Shown here: piece after piece, positions 49,273 through 58,291 of the stretch
Layout: each line of letters starts with the position of its first letter
Numbering within the stretch: position 1 is the stretch's first letter
Origin: Longimicrobiales bacterium
GTDB lineage: Bacteria > Gemmatimonadota > Gemmatimonadetes > Longimicrobiales > Gaopeijiaceae
Reading direction: 5' to 3'
Assembly (NCBI GenBank): GCA_965198065.1
Contig: CBDAON010000004.1
Location: forward strand, 1,152,001 to 1,216,000
DNA: 64,000 nucleotides
Notes under the pieces: generated by a model
Seen by the model: only the letters and a program-made list of their open reading frames with translations
Database searches by the model: none
What the model was told of the DNA's origin: nothing
Position numbers and translations under genes: made by a program

Positions 49273-51669
49273 ATGAGACACCTCACCGATCTCCCCAAGG
49301 ATCTCCGCACGGCCCTTGAACAGTGGGATGGGACGACCTCCCGAAGGGAGTTCCTCCGGCGCTCCGGGCTGTTCGTGATGGGCCTCCACGGCGCCAGGAT
49401 GGTGGGCGTCGCTCCGTTCCTCGCCGGGCCACGGTCCGCAGAAGCGGCCACACGGGCCCAGGGGCCGTACCCCGACGTCGATTTCCGCCTCCTCGATTCC
49501 TGGCTCGTGGTGCGCGAGGACGGTACGGCAACCTTCTTCGTCGGGAAGACGGACGGAGGCCAGGGCACCGGAACCGCGATTCGCCAGATGATGGCGGACG
49601 AGCTCGACATCGCCTATGACGACACGACGCTCGTCATGGGCCGCACCGACGTCACGGTCGACCAGGGTGGCTCGGGCGGCTCGGACGCGATCGAGCGAGA
49701 CGCCTTGCCCGCGCGTCGGGTGGCCGCGGAGGCCCGCCGGGCCCTCCTGGAGATGGCGTCGGAGCGCTTCGGCGTGCCCACGCCCGAGTTGGCCGTGAGC
49801 GAGGGCGTGATCACGGTGAGGCGGGACCCGTCCAGGCGTGTCACGTACGGGGAGCTCGTCGGCGGGCGACGCTTCGACGTCACGCTCACAGGAGAGAACG
49901 TGAACGCGACCACCGGCGTGGCTGACGTGAAGCGGGTACAGGACCTCAGGATCGTCGGCCAATCCGTCCCCCGGTACGACATCCCGCCCAAGGTGGACGG
50001 CTCGCTCGAGTGGGCCGTGGACGCGAGGGTGCCGGGCATGGTCCACGCCCGAAACGTGAGGCCGCCTGTGGTGGGCGCGAGGCTCGTCAGGATCGATGAA
50101 TCGTCGGTCCGGGACGTGCCGGGATTCATCCAGGTGGTGAGCCGGGGAAACTACGTCGCCGTGATCTGCGAGCGGGAAGAGCAGGCGATCGAAGCGTCCC
50201 GCCGGCTCCAGGTGCAGTGGGAGCCCCCTTCTACGGCGCCGTTCCCGTCGTCGGAAGACCTGTTCCGCTACCTGCGCGAAGCGAGCCCGGTGTCGGCTCC
50301 CGAACCCCGGGTGGAAGGGGATCCCGACCGGGCCCTGTCCACGGCGGCGACGGTCGTGGAAGCCGAGTACGACTTCCCGTTCCAGGGGCACACGGCCATC
50401 GGACCCGCGCACGCGATGGCCGATCCGTCCGACGGGCAGATGACCATCTACTCCAACGACATGAAGTCGTACAGCCTGAGGACGGGAGTCGCAGAGTTTC
50501 TCGGAATGGAGCGGGAGCAGGTCCGGGTCCTCTGGACGGAGGGCCCGCAGCTCTACGGTCGCACGGCCGCGGACGACGCGGGGTTCGAGGCCGCGTTCCT
50601 CGCCAGGGAAATCGGCCGCCCCGTGCGAGTCCAGTGGATGAGGCACGAGGAGACCGCGTGGGACACGAAGGGGCCCGCGTTCGCCTTCAGGCTCCGCGGG
50701 GGCCTGGACGCCGCCGGCAACGTCGTGGCGCTGGACTATCGGGCCCGGGTGGCCGGCTACGCCCACGTCGGGTACAACCAGCCGGACACGGTCCTCATCG
50801 CCCAGCTCATGGGGATCCGGCCGGAACGGCCGTCCAGCACCGGCGGGTCGGGGCCGCAGGAGTCGTACGCCGTTCCCAACCGGCGCGCCGAGACCGGGCT
50901 CGTTCGCTTCCCCCAGGCGTTCGAGACGCCGCTTCGCACTGGGAACCTGCGCGACCCGAACGGGCCCCAGATCCATTTCGCGACGGAATCGTTCATCGAC
51001 GAGCTGGCTCATGCCGCGAACGCCGACCCGGTGGAGTTCCGGCTCCGGCTCCTTCGCGGGAGCTCCGAGGACGACGGGGCCTTCATGCGGGCGCGCTCCA
51101 TCGCGGTCGTCGAGGCGGCGGCCCAGGCGTACGGTTGGGACGCGCGTCCGTCACCGCGACCGATGCGGACGGGCGGCACCCTCACCGGACGGGGCATCGC
51201 GTACGCGGGCCGCGGCCGCACCACGGTCGCCGTGATTGCCGAGGTCGAGGTGGATCGCGCGAGCGGTCAGGTGTGGACGCGGCGCATGGTCTGCGCCCAC
51301 GACTGCGGCCTGGTGATCAATCCCAACGGGCTCGAGAGCGCGGTTCAGGGGAACCTGCTCCACGGTCTGAGCCGCGCGCTGTACGAGGAAGTTCGATTCG
51401 ACACCGAAAAGGTGACGAGCGTGGACTGGGCCACGCATCCCACGCTCCGGCACCGGGATGCGCCCGAGAGTATCGATGTCGTGATCGTGAACGGGGAGCC
51501 GAACCCCGACCGGCCCGACCTCGCCCCGTACGGGGCGGGCGAGCCCTCCATTCGGCCGGTGGTGGCCGCGGTCGCGAACGCGATGTACGACGCGACGGGC
51601 GTGCGCCTCCGGCGGGTGCCGTTCCGGGCCGAGCGCGTGCTCGAGGCCCTGGACGCGGCCGGCGTGTAG
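49273..51669 (+). CDS. Molybdopterin-binding large subunit, IorB/aldehyde oxidoreductase family, Tat-exported
   Basis: SRREFL Tat motif, GQGTGT, GGSGGS, ESFIDELA, DPVEFR, DCGLVINP and GAGEP. Confidence 0.92.
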   Translation: MRHLTDLPKDLRTALEQWDGTTSRREFLRRSGLFVMGLHGARMVGVAPFLAGPRSAEAATRAQGPYPDVDFRLLDSWLVVREDGTATFFVGKTDGGQGTGTAIRQMMADELDIAYDDTTLVMGRTDVTVDQGGSGGSDAIERDALPARRVAAEARRALLEMASERFGVPTPELAVSEGVITVRRDPSRRVTYGELVGGRRFDVTLTGENVNATTGVADVKRVQDLRIVGQSVPRYDIPPKVDGSLEWAVDARVPGMVHARNVRPPVVGARLVRIDESSVRDVPGFIQVVSRGNYVAVICEREEQAIEASRRLQVQWEPPSTAPFPSSEDLFRYLREASPVSAPEPRVEGDPDRALSTAATVVEAEYDFPFQGHTAIGPAHAMADPSDGQMTIYSNDMKSYSLRTGVAEFLGMEREQVRVLWTEGPQLYGRTAADDAGFEAAFLAREIGRPVRVQWMRHEETAWDTKGPAFAFRLRGGLDAAGNVVALDYRARVAGYAHVGYNQPDTVLIAQLMGIRPERPSSTGGSGPQESYAVPNRRAETGLVRFPQAFETPLRTGNLRDPNGPQIHFATESFIDELAHAANADPVEFRLRLLRGSSEDDGAFMRARSIAVVEAAAQAYGWDARPSPRPMRTGGTLTGRGIAYAGRGRTTVAVIAEVEVDRASGQVWTRRMVCAHDCGLVINPNGLESAVQGNLLHGLSRALYEEVRFDTEKVTSVDWATHPTLRHRDAPESIDVVIVNGEPNPDRPDLAPYGAGEPSIRPVVAAVANAMYDATGVRLRRVPFRAERVLEALDAAGV

Positions 51670-51670
51670 G

Positions 51671-52150
51671 CTCGCCGATCCCACCCGGATCACCGCGCAG
51701 ATCGTCACCGGCATCGGATTCCTGGGCGCCGGAACAATTATCCAATCCAAGGGCACGGTCACTGGGCTTACCTCGGCCGCCACCCTTTGGGTCGTGGCAG
51801 CTATCGGGATAGCCGCTGGCGCTGGGGCCTATTTTGCGGCGATCGGTGGAGCGGCTCTGGTTCTGACGGTCCTCCTGCCTCTTGGGCAGATCGAGTTTCA
51901 ACTGGCCCGCGTCCGAATGGAGCGAACCGTTCTCATCGAACTCCAGGAAACAGAGGGTCTGATAGAGCGGATTCAGTCCCTGCTAGAGCTGGCGGGGCTG
52001 CGCGGTCAGATCGAGGGCCTGGAGCAGGGTCCGGAAGAGGGCCACCTCAGGATCCGGATGCAGATCCGAGGAAAAGAGGGACTCTTCAAGAAGGCGTGCG
52101 TCCACCTTCTGAGTCTTCCAGAAGTCCATTCCATCTCCCTCCAGAAATGA
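51671..52150 (+). pseudogene. 5'-truncated MgtC/SapB family gene
   Basis: The frame reads DPTRITAQIVTGIGFLGAGTII..VTGLTSAATLWVVAAIG directly after the upstream stop. The N-terminal helices and start codon are missing. Confidence 0.85.
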
Positions 52151-52193
52151 GGACGGGGCACGCTCTACCCTACGTCGGTCGCTCGCTGTGGCG

Positions 52194-53573
52194 CTACGAC
52201 GCCATCTTCACCTCGGCGATGCCGTCCAAAACCCAAGGCATCAGCTCGGACACGGTCGGATGTACCAACACCGTCTGCCGATAGTGAGAGCACGGGACTC
52301 CGCTGTGCATGATGGCTGCAAACATGTTGATGACCTCGTCGCCCCCGGGGCCGATGATCGATGCGCCAAGGATGAAGTCGGTCTCGCCATCCACGAGAAG
52401 CTTGGCGAAGCCGTGCGTCTCACCCATCTCAATCGCCCGACTGATCCGACTCATGGGCCGTGTGGCCTTGAGAACCCTGCGGCCCGCGGCGAGCGCCTCC
52501 TTTTCGGTCATTCCAACGCGTCCGAGTGGTGGATCGGAGAAGACCACGTAGACCGGGATCCTGGACGAAAGCCTCCTGGGCCCGCCGAAGAGGTGGTCCA
52601 GCACAATCTCGGCGTCGTTGACAGACGTATGGGTGAAGGCGCCGTGGCCGTTCACGTCACCTAGCGCGAAAACCTCCTCCGCGGCTGTTCGGCAGAAGTC
52701 GTCCACCTGAATGAACCCGCGGGAGTCAGTCTCGATCAGCGTGGCGTCGAGATTCAAGCGGTCCGCGTTGGGCCGGTTCCCTGCGGCAACAAGAAGGTGT
52801 GAACCTTCGACGTCGAGTGGGTCTGCGTCCACGGACGCCCTTACACGGACTCCTCCTCGCCATGGGGTGGCCTCGGTCACGGCGGCGCCCGTCACGACCC
52901 GGACTCCCTCATTCTCAAGCAACTCCCTGATCGAGGCAGCCACATCGGCGTCCTCACGGGGCATGAGTTGTACCGCGTTTTGGAGAAGGGTGACCTCTGA
53001 TCCGAAGCGGCGAAAGATCTGTCCGAATTCGATCCCGATGGGCCCGCCGCCGATAATGACTAAGTGGCTGGGGAGAGCTTCCAAATCAAGCAGCCTCGCG
53101 CTGTCCAGCCAGGGGACCGTTTCGAGCCCCTCGATCTGGGGCACGCGTGGACGAGTGCCTACGTTTATGTAGATGCGCCCTCCTCTGATCCGAGCATCCG
53201 CCACCCGCAGCACGTGGTCGCTTTCGAATGCGGCCCAACCCCTCACAAGGCTCACGTTCTCAGTTTTCTCGATCCATCGGGTCAGTCCTTCACTCGATCC
53301 ACCTCGAACCGAATTCATTCGTTGTCGAACCCGCTCGTAGTTGATCTGGACCGTGCATCCGTCGTACCCGAACTCTTCGCCTCGTCGTGCCAGATGAGCG
53401 GCCCGCGCACTTGCGACGAGGGTTTTGGTAGGCGTGCACCCCCAATTCACGCAGCTTCCGCCGATCTTCCCACCCTCGATAACCGCGATTGAGTCGCCGG
53501 TCGGAATCAATCGACCCAGAAGGGTCCCAGTGCTCTGACCGGTTCCAACGATGATGTGGTCGAATTCCACCAC
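52194..53573 (-). CDS. Pyridine nucleotide-disulfide oxidoreductase (class I; YkgC/RclA/MerA-like)
   Basis: GGSCVNWGCTPTK, IIGGGPIG, ALGDVNG and HPTVSE; no C-terminal Cys pair. Confidence 0.9.
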   Translation of the reverse strand: MVEFDHIIVGTGQSTGTLLGRLIPTGDSIAVIEGGKIGGSCVNWGCTPTKTLVASARAAHLARRGEEFGYDGCTVQINYERVRQRMNSVRGGSSEGLTRWIEKTENVSLVRGWAAFESDHVLRVADARIRGGRIYINVGTRPRVPQIEGLETVPWLDSARLLDLEALPSHLVIIGGGPIGIEFGQIFRRFGSEVTLLQNAVQLMPREDADVAASIRELLENEGVRVVTGAAVTEATPWRGGVRVRASVDADPLDVEGSHLLVAAGNRPNADRLNLDATLIETDSRGFIQVDDFCRTAAEEVFALGDVNGHGAFTHTSVNDAEIVLDHLFGGPRRLSSRIPVYVVFSDPPLGRVGMTEKEALAAGRRVLKATRPMSRISRAIEMGETHGFAKLLVDGETDFILGASIIGPGGDEVINMFAAIMHSGVPCSHYRQTVLVHPTVSELMPWVLDGIAEVKMAS

Positions 53574-53731
53574 GGTGAGTGCCCCCTTCTTGAGGATCTC
53601 CGTGCTGCCTTTGAATTGCGGGACCCGGAACCTAGCCGTCCTGCTAGCGGTTTACAGAACGGACGGAAACGTTCGCGAGTCTAACCCGATACTCTCCCAC
53701 CGCATGGCCTGAGTGGTGGAGGATTCAGAGT

Positions 53732-54970
53732 ATGACCCACCTATCCGCGGTGACAAGAATTGACCGGTTCGGCAGGACTCCGGCGAGCCGCCAGGACACC
53801 GTTACCTCTGATTCGACTCCTCATGGGAAGCTGGCTCTTGTAATGGGAGGTGGGGGGGCAAGGGCGGCTTATCAGGTGGGCTTTCTTCGGTGCCTTGCTC
53901 GCAGGCGTCCCGAGCTTAAGGTCCCGATCCTGACCGGGGTTTCCGCGGGCGCGATCAACGCCGCGCTCCTCGCCTCACACCACGGGAGCTTCAAACAGGC
54001 CGTGGATGAGCTCGAGGCGCTTTGGTCGGAGCTCGAGGCAGAAAGGGTCTTCAGGGTAGACCTTCCCTCACTGGCCTTGAATGTCTTGCGGTGGGGACTC
54101 CATCTGGTCTCTGGAGGAATCGTACGGGGAAGCAAGGTTCGGAGCTTTGTCGATACCGGTCCCCTCCGGAACTTGCTCGCTGAGGCCCTCCACGCAGTGG
54201 ACGGAGAGCTGACGGGAATCCAGCCGAATCTTGACACCGGCCGGCTGGATGCACTAGCGCTCACGGCGTCTAGCTACAGCACGGGTCGATCAACAACCTG
54301 GGTCCAAGGCGCAGGAATCCAGCCCTGGACTGCCCCCAAGCGGGAATCTCGCGCGACCACTCTCACCGTGGATCATGTTCTGGCCTCTGCGGCTCTCCCT
54401 ATTTTCTTCCCAGCGGTCCGGATCGGTGACCAATACTACGGGGACGGAGGGATCCGTCGAACGGCCCCCCTTTCTCCCGCGCTTCATCTAGGTGCTGATC
54501 GGATCATGGTGATCTCGACCAAGCATGAGCCGACCCCCGCCGCGGGCGAGCAGCAGGCGGTGCGTTATCCCCCACCGGCACAGGTTATGGGAGCTCTCAT
54601 GAACTCAATCTTCTTGGATGTCCTAGATCAGGACGTCCGTCGCCTAGAGCGTCTCAACCAGCTTTTGGAGGAGATTCCCAACGAAAAGCGCAACGGCCTT
54701 CGGCCGGTAAAGCTGCTGACGCTTCGTCCCTCCCGCGATCTCGGGGCACTGGCGCGGGACTATGAACCCCAGCTCCCCCGGGGCTTTCGCTTTCTCACCC
54801 GTGGCCTGGGCACGCGTGAGGCTGGCAGCGCGGACGCGCTGAGCTTGGTTCTCTTTCAACCGGACTACCTACGACGCCTGATGGACCAGGGAGCGGCAGA
54901 CGCCGAGAGCCGGGGTGAAGAGATAGAGCAATTCCTTTCCGCCGATACTCCAGTGGAAGGAGCCAAATGA
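53732..54970 (+). CDS. Patatin-like phospholipase
   Basis: GGGARAAYQ, GVSAG (GxSxG), ASAALP and DGG. Confidence 0.92.
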   Translation: MTHLSAVTRIDRFGRTPASRQDTVTSDSTPHGKLALVMGGGGARAAYQVGFLRCLARRRPELKVPILTGVSAGAINAALLASHHGSFKQAVDELEALWSELEAERVFRVDLPSLALNVLRWGLHLVSGGIVRGSKVRSFVDTGPLRNLLAEALHAVDGELTGIQPNLDTGRLDALALTASSYSTGRSTTWVQGAGIQPWTAPKRESRATTLTVDHVLASAALPIFFPAVRIGDQYYGDGGIRRTAPLSPALHLGADRIMVISTKHEPTPAAGEQQAVRYPPPAQVMGALMNSIFLDVLDQDVRRLERLNQLLEEIPNEKRNGLRPVKLLTLRPSRDLGALARDYEPQLPRGFRFLTRGLGTREAGSADALSLVLFQPDYLRRLMDQGAADAESRGEEIEQFLSADTPVEGAK

Positions 54971-57483
54971 TCACGACGCTGTTGGCTATCGCCGCATTTC
55001 TGGGGCTCAGCGTAGCGCTCGTCTACCACTCCTACGCGTATTGGGCGTGGGTCCTACCGGGGGCAATCGCCCTTGCTTGGTGGGCCTTGGCCGAGCCCTC
55101 AATCCCGGAGCTTCCGCTCATCGCGGCCGGGCTCTTCACTGGCCTGGCGCTTGTCTTTGGCCTGCCGGTAATTCGGCGCCCGCTGGTAAGCTCGTGGGCG
55201 ATGAAGTTCCTCGCGCCCATGATGCCACGGATCAGTGAAACCGAACGGGCTGCGCTAGAAGCTGGAACCGTCTGGTGGGACGGCGACTTGTTCTCCGGCA
55301 ATCCAGACTGGCATAAGCTCCTCGACTTCCAGGTCCAGGGGCTGTCTGCCAAGGAGCGTGCCTTTCTGGACGGCCCGGTCGAGCAGCTCTGTGAGTCGAT
55401 CAAGGAGTGGGAGGTGATCCAGGCCGGCGACCTCCCCGTGGAGGCTTGGGACTTCATCAAGGGGCGTGGATTCTTCGGACTGATCATTCCAGAGGAGTAC
55501 GGTGGTTTGGGATTCTCAGCTGCAGCCCACTCGGCGGTCATCGTCAAGTTGGCCAGCCGTAGCGTAACGACTGCCGTCACCGTGATGGTGCCGAACTCGC
55601 TCGGTCCCGCCGAGCTTCTGCTCCACTATGGTACCGAGGCGCAGAAGCGGTACTACCTGCCGAGGTTGGCGAAGGGAGAGGAGGTCCCTTGTTTTGCTCT
55701 CACCGGTCCCGAGGCGGGGAGCGATGCTGCCGCGACGCAGAGTGTAGGGATCGTCTCTCGCGGCATTTTCGAAGGCGAGGAGGTCTTGGGGATGCGCCTC
55801 GACTGGCGCAAGCGATACATCACGCTTGGTCCCATCGCAACCGTGATCGGGCTGGCCTTCCGGCTGCGCGATCCAGACGGGCTCCTCGGGGATCGAGAGG
55901 ACCTGGGGATCACTTGCGCCCTGATTCCGGCAGACCTGCCGGGGATCGAAATCGGTGCGCGGCACGACCCCATGGGGGTGCCGTTTCATAACGGGCCGAC
56001 CACCGGATCCGACGTCTTCGTCCCGCTCGATTTCATCGTTGGGGGTCGGAAGAACGCGGGTGAGGGATGGAGAATGCTTATGGAGAGCCTGGCAGCCGGC
56101 AGGTCAATCTCCCTTCCGGCGCTTGCCGTTGGCTCCGCGCAGATGGCGACCCGGACCGTCGGTGCCTACGCAACCGTGCGAGAGCAGTTCGATACGCCCA
56201 TCGGCCGTTTCGAGGGGATTGAGGAGCCCCTGACCCGCATCGGCGGCCTCACGTACCTGATGAACGCCGCCAGGATACTGATCGCAGGAGGGGTGGACGC
56301 GGGAGAGAAGCCAGCAGTGCTCTCCGCAGTGGTCAAAGCCTACTTGACGGAAGGGATGCGGCAGGTGGTGACCGACGCGATGGACATCCGGGCGGGAGCG
56401 GCGATCTGTCGCGGGCCGAGGAACATCCTCGCAAACGCGTATCAGGCGATACCGATTGGGATCACGGTCGAAGGAGCAAACATTCTTACGCGTTCGATGA
56501 TCATCTACGGCCAGGGAGCGATCCGATGCCACCCCTTCGCCCAAGAGGAGATCCGGGCAGTGGCAGAGCGAGACCTGACTAGGTTCGATCGCGTGTTCTG
56601 GTCGCACGTCGGGTATGTGGCTACGAACGCTGTACGCGCGTTCTTGCTGGGTATCAGCGGCGGAAGAATCACGCGGTCTCCAGTAAGAGGTGACGTCGGG
56701 CACTTCTTCGGTCAGCTGACGCATATGAGCGCGGCATTCGCGCTGATCTCGGACGCCGCGATGGCAACGCTTGGAGGCCAGCTCAAGCGTCGCGAGAAGA
56801 TCAGTGGAAGGCTGGCGGATGCGTTAGCGTGGATGTATCTGGGGTCATCTGCGCTCAAGCGGTACGTTGATGAGGGGAGGCCCGCCTGTGACTTGCCCTT
56901 CGTCCAGTGGTCCTGTGTTTACTCCCTGCAGCAAATCCAGACGGCGTTAGTGGGAGTGCTTGAGAATCTCCCGAATCGTCCAGCGGCCTGGGCACTGCGG
57001 GCTTTGGTGTTCCCCCTCGGTGCTCGCCACCGGGCGCCCAGCGACAAGCTGGGTGCGACGGTCGCCCGCGCACTTCTGGAAGATCGACAGGCGTGCCTGT
57101 CCTTCACGGGCGACATTTACACGCCCCGCGGAGACGAGCCGGGGCTGGGTCGGCTGGAGGAGGCTCTGGAGCGTGCCGTGGAGGCGCTGGCCGTAGAGTC
57201 GAAAATACGCGATGCGGTTCGCGCAGGCCTGCTCGATAAGGCCCCGGGCGACCTAATGCTTGAACGCGCCTTCGAGCTTAAGAGAATCACCAAGAGCGAG
57301 CTCCAGCAGGTCCTCGATGCCGACGAGATCCGAGACGAAGTGATTCAGGTGGACTCCTTCGAGCCAGCAACCTTTGGGCTGGAGGCTCCGATGGCCCCCA
57401 CAGCGTTCCCTCAGGAAGCTAGCCACCTTCCCTACCCGTCCGATGCCTCGAGCGTGAGCAGTCAAGAGCCCCAGGTGGAATAG
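54967..57483 (+). CDS. fadE: Acyl-CoA dehydrogenase (FadE type)
   Basis: N-terminal TMs, AGTVWW, VMVPNSLGP, CFALTGPEAGSDA, GRSISLP, ITVEGANILTR and a DUF1974-like tail. Confidence 0.93.
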   Translation: MITTLLAIAAFLGLSVALVYHSYAYWAWVLPGAIALAWWALAEPSIPELPLIAAGLFTGLALVFGLPVIRRPLVSSWAMKFLAPMMPRISETERAALEAGTVWWDGDLFSGNPDWHKLLDFQVQGLSAKERAFLDGPVEQLCESIKEWEVIQAGDLPVEAWDFIKGRGFFGLIIPEEYGGLGFSAAAHSAVIVKLASRSVTTAVTVMVPNSLGPAELLLHYGTEAQKRYYLPRLAKGEEVPCFALTGPEAGSDAAATQSVGIVSRGIFEGEEVLGMRLDWRKRYITLGPIATVIGLAFRLRDPDGLLGDREDLGITCALIPADLPGIEIGARHDPMGVPFHNGPTTGSDVFVPLDFIVGGRKNAGEGWRMLMESLAAGRSISLPALAVGSAQMATRTVGAYATVREQFDTPIGRFEGIEEPLTRIGGLTYLMNAARILIAGGVDAGEKPAVLSAVVKAYLTEGMRQVVTDAMDIRAGAAICRGPRNILANAYQAIPIGITVEGANILTRSMIIYGQGAIRCHPFAQEEIRAVAERDLTRFDRVFWSHVGYVATNAVRAFLLGISGGRITRSPVRGDVGHFFGQLTHMSAAFALISDAAMATLGGQLKRREKISGRLADALAWMYLGSSALKRYVDEGRPACDLPFVQWSCVYSLQQIQTALVGVLENLPNRPAAWALRALVFPLGARHRAPSDKLGATVARALLEDRQACLSFTGDIYTPRGDEPGLGRLEEALERAVEALAVESKIRDAVRAGLLDKAPGDLMLERAFELKRITKSELQQVLDADEIRDEVIQVDSFEPATFGLEAPMAPTAFPQEASHLPYPSDASSVSSQEPQVE

Positions 57484-57576
57484 GAGGAGGGCCTAGAGGC
57501 CGACGCCCCCCGAACACGCTCGCCAATGGAATTTGGCCCTCAACAGCGGGAATGAAGAGCGGGAGTCCTCTCGCCG

Positions 57577-57617
57577 ACACCCCCCACCGAGCCCTGTTCT
57601 GGGTCCCATGCTGGAGA
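57577..57617 (+). repeat. Dispersed repeat copy 1 (TTCTGGGTCCCAT core)
   Basis: CCCCCCACCGAGCCCTGTTCTGGGTCCCATGCTGGAGA, similar to 58024 and 60473. Confidence 0.7.
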
Positions 57618-57697
57618 TGGCCTTTGTCGTGTGTCGCTGATCCTCGGGCCGGACACACCTGGCGCGTTGCAGGGCCGGGCCAGTTAGGTTGCAGGTC

Positions 57698-57901
57698 ATG
57701 GACCTGACTCCCGATGAACAACCCGTCGTCCGTCGCGCTGTCGCCGCCTACCGCAAGGCGAAGAAGTGGCACGGGGGACAGTTTGAAGGCACGACTGCTG
57801 ACGCGATTCTTGAAGAGTTGGCGCCGTCTCCCGTCCGCTGGACTGAACTCGCCGATTTCGTGATCGCATCGGCAGAAAGACCCACACGAAAGGATCGATA
57901 G
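57698..57901 (+). CDS. Small hypothetical protein (67 aa)
   Basis: ATG-started ORF with a helical, protein-like composition, lying between repeat copies. Confidence 0.45.
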   Translation: MDLTPDEQPVVRRAVAAYRKAKKWHGGQFEGTTADAILEELAPSPVRWTELADFVIASAERPTRKDR

Positions 57902-57989
57902 CGTAGGGGCGACACCCACGGGGCGGGTAACCGACGCCTAGCCGTCACGAGTAGATGGTCGTTGGTGGTCATGATCGAGTCGCGGTCAG

Positions 57990-58064
57990 TGGGTCCCATC
58001 TAGAGCAGGATTTGACTCACCGTAGCCCCCTAAGCACCCCCTTCTGGGTTCCACCCTAAGAGAC
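57990..58064 (+). repeat. Dispersed repeat copies 2 (partial) and 3
   Basis: TGGGTCCCATCTAGAG (57990-58005) and AGCCCCCTAAGCACCCCCTTCTGGGTTCCACCCTAAGAGAC (58024-58064). Confidence 0.65.
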
Positions 58065-58291
58065 TGGTGCCGTGACGCACAGGACGATATCAGCCGGACC
58101 GATAGGCCACGTAACTTGCCACGGGACTATCTACTGCTTCTACAACCCGCGCAGGAGTGAACGGCTCGTGAGCACGTGGGTCATCAGGCACGAGCAGCTG
58201 ACTCTTTCCTTGCCGCCTCCCTGAACGCCCAGCATCTTTCCCGCGTCTTCACAGATGGGCGCAGTTCCCGTTCCTCTAGATGTGCGGGACT

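Noticed and set aside
52194..53573. Mercuric reductase merA
   Set aside because: There is no N-terminal metal-binding domain, no C-terminal Cys-Cys pair and no mer operon genes. Only the generic CxxxxC redox centre is shared.
57683..57689. GTTAGGT as an additional attC core before the small ORF
   Set aside because: No matching RYYYAAC or inverted L arms were found upstream.
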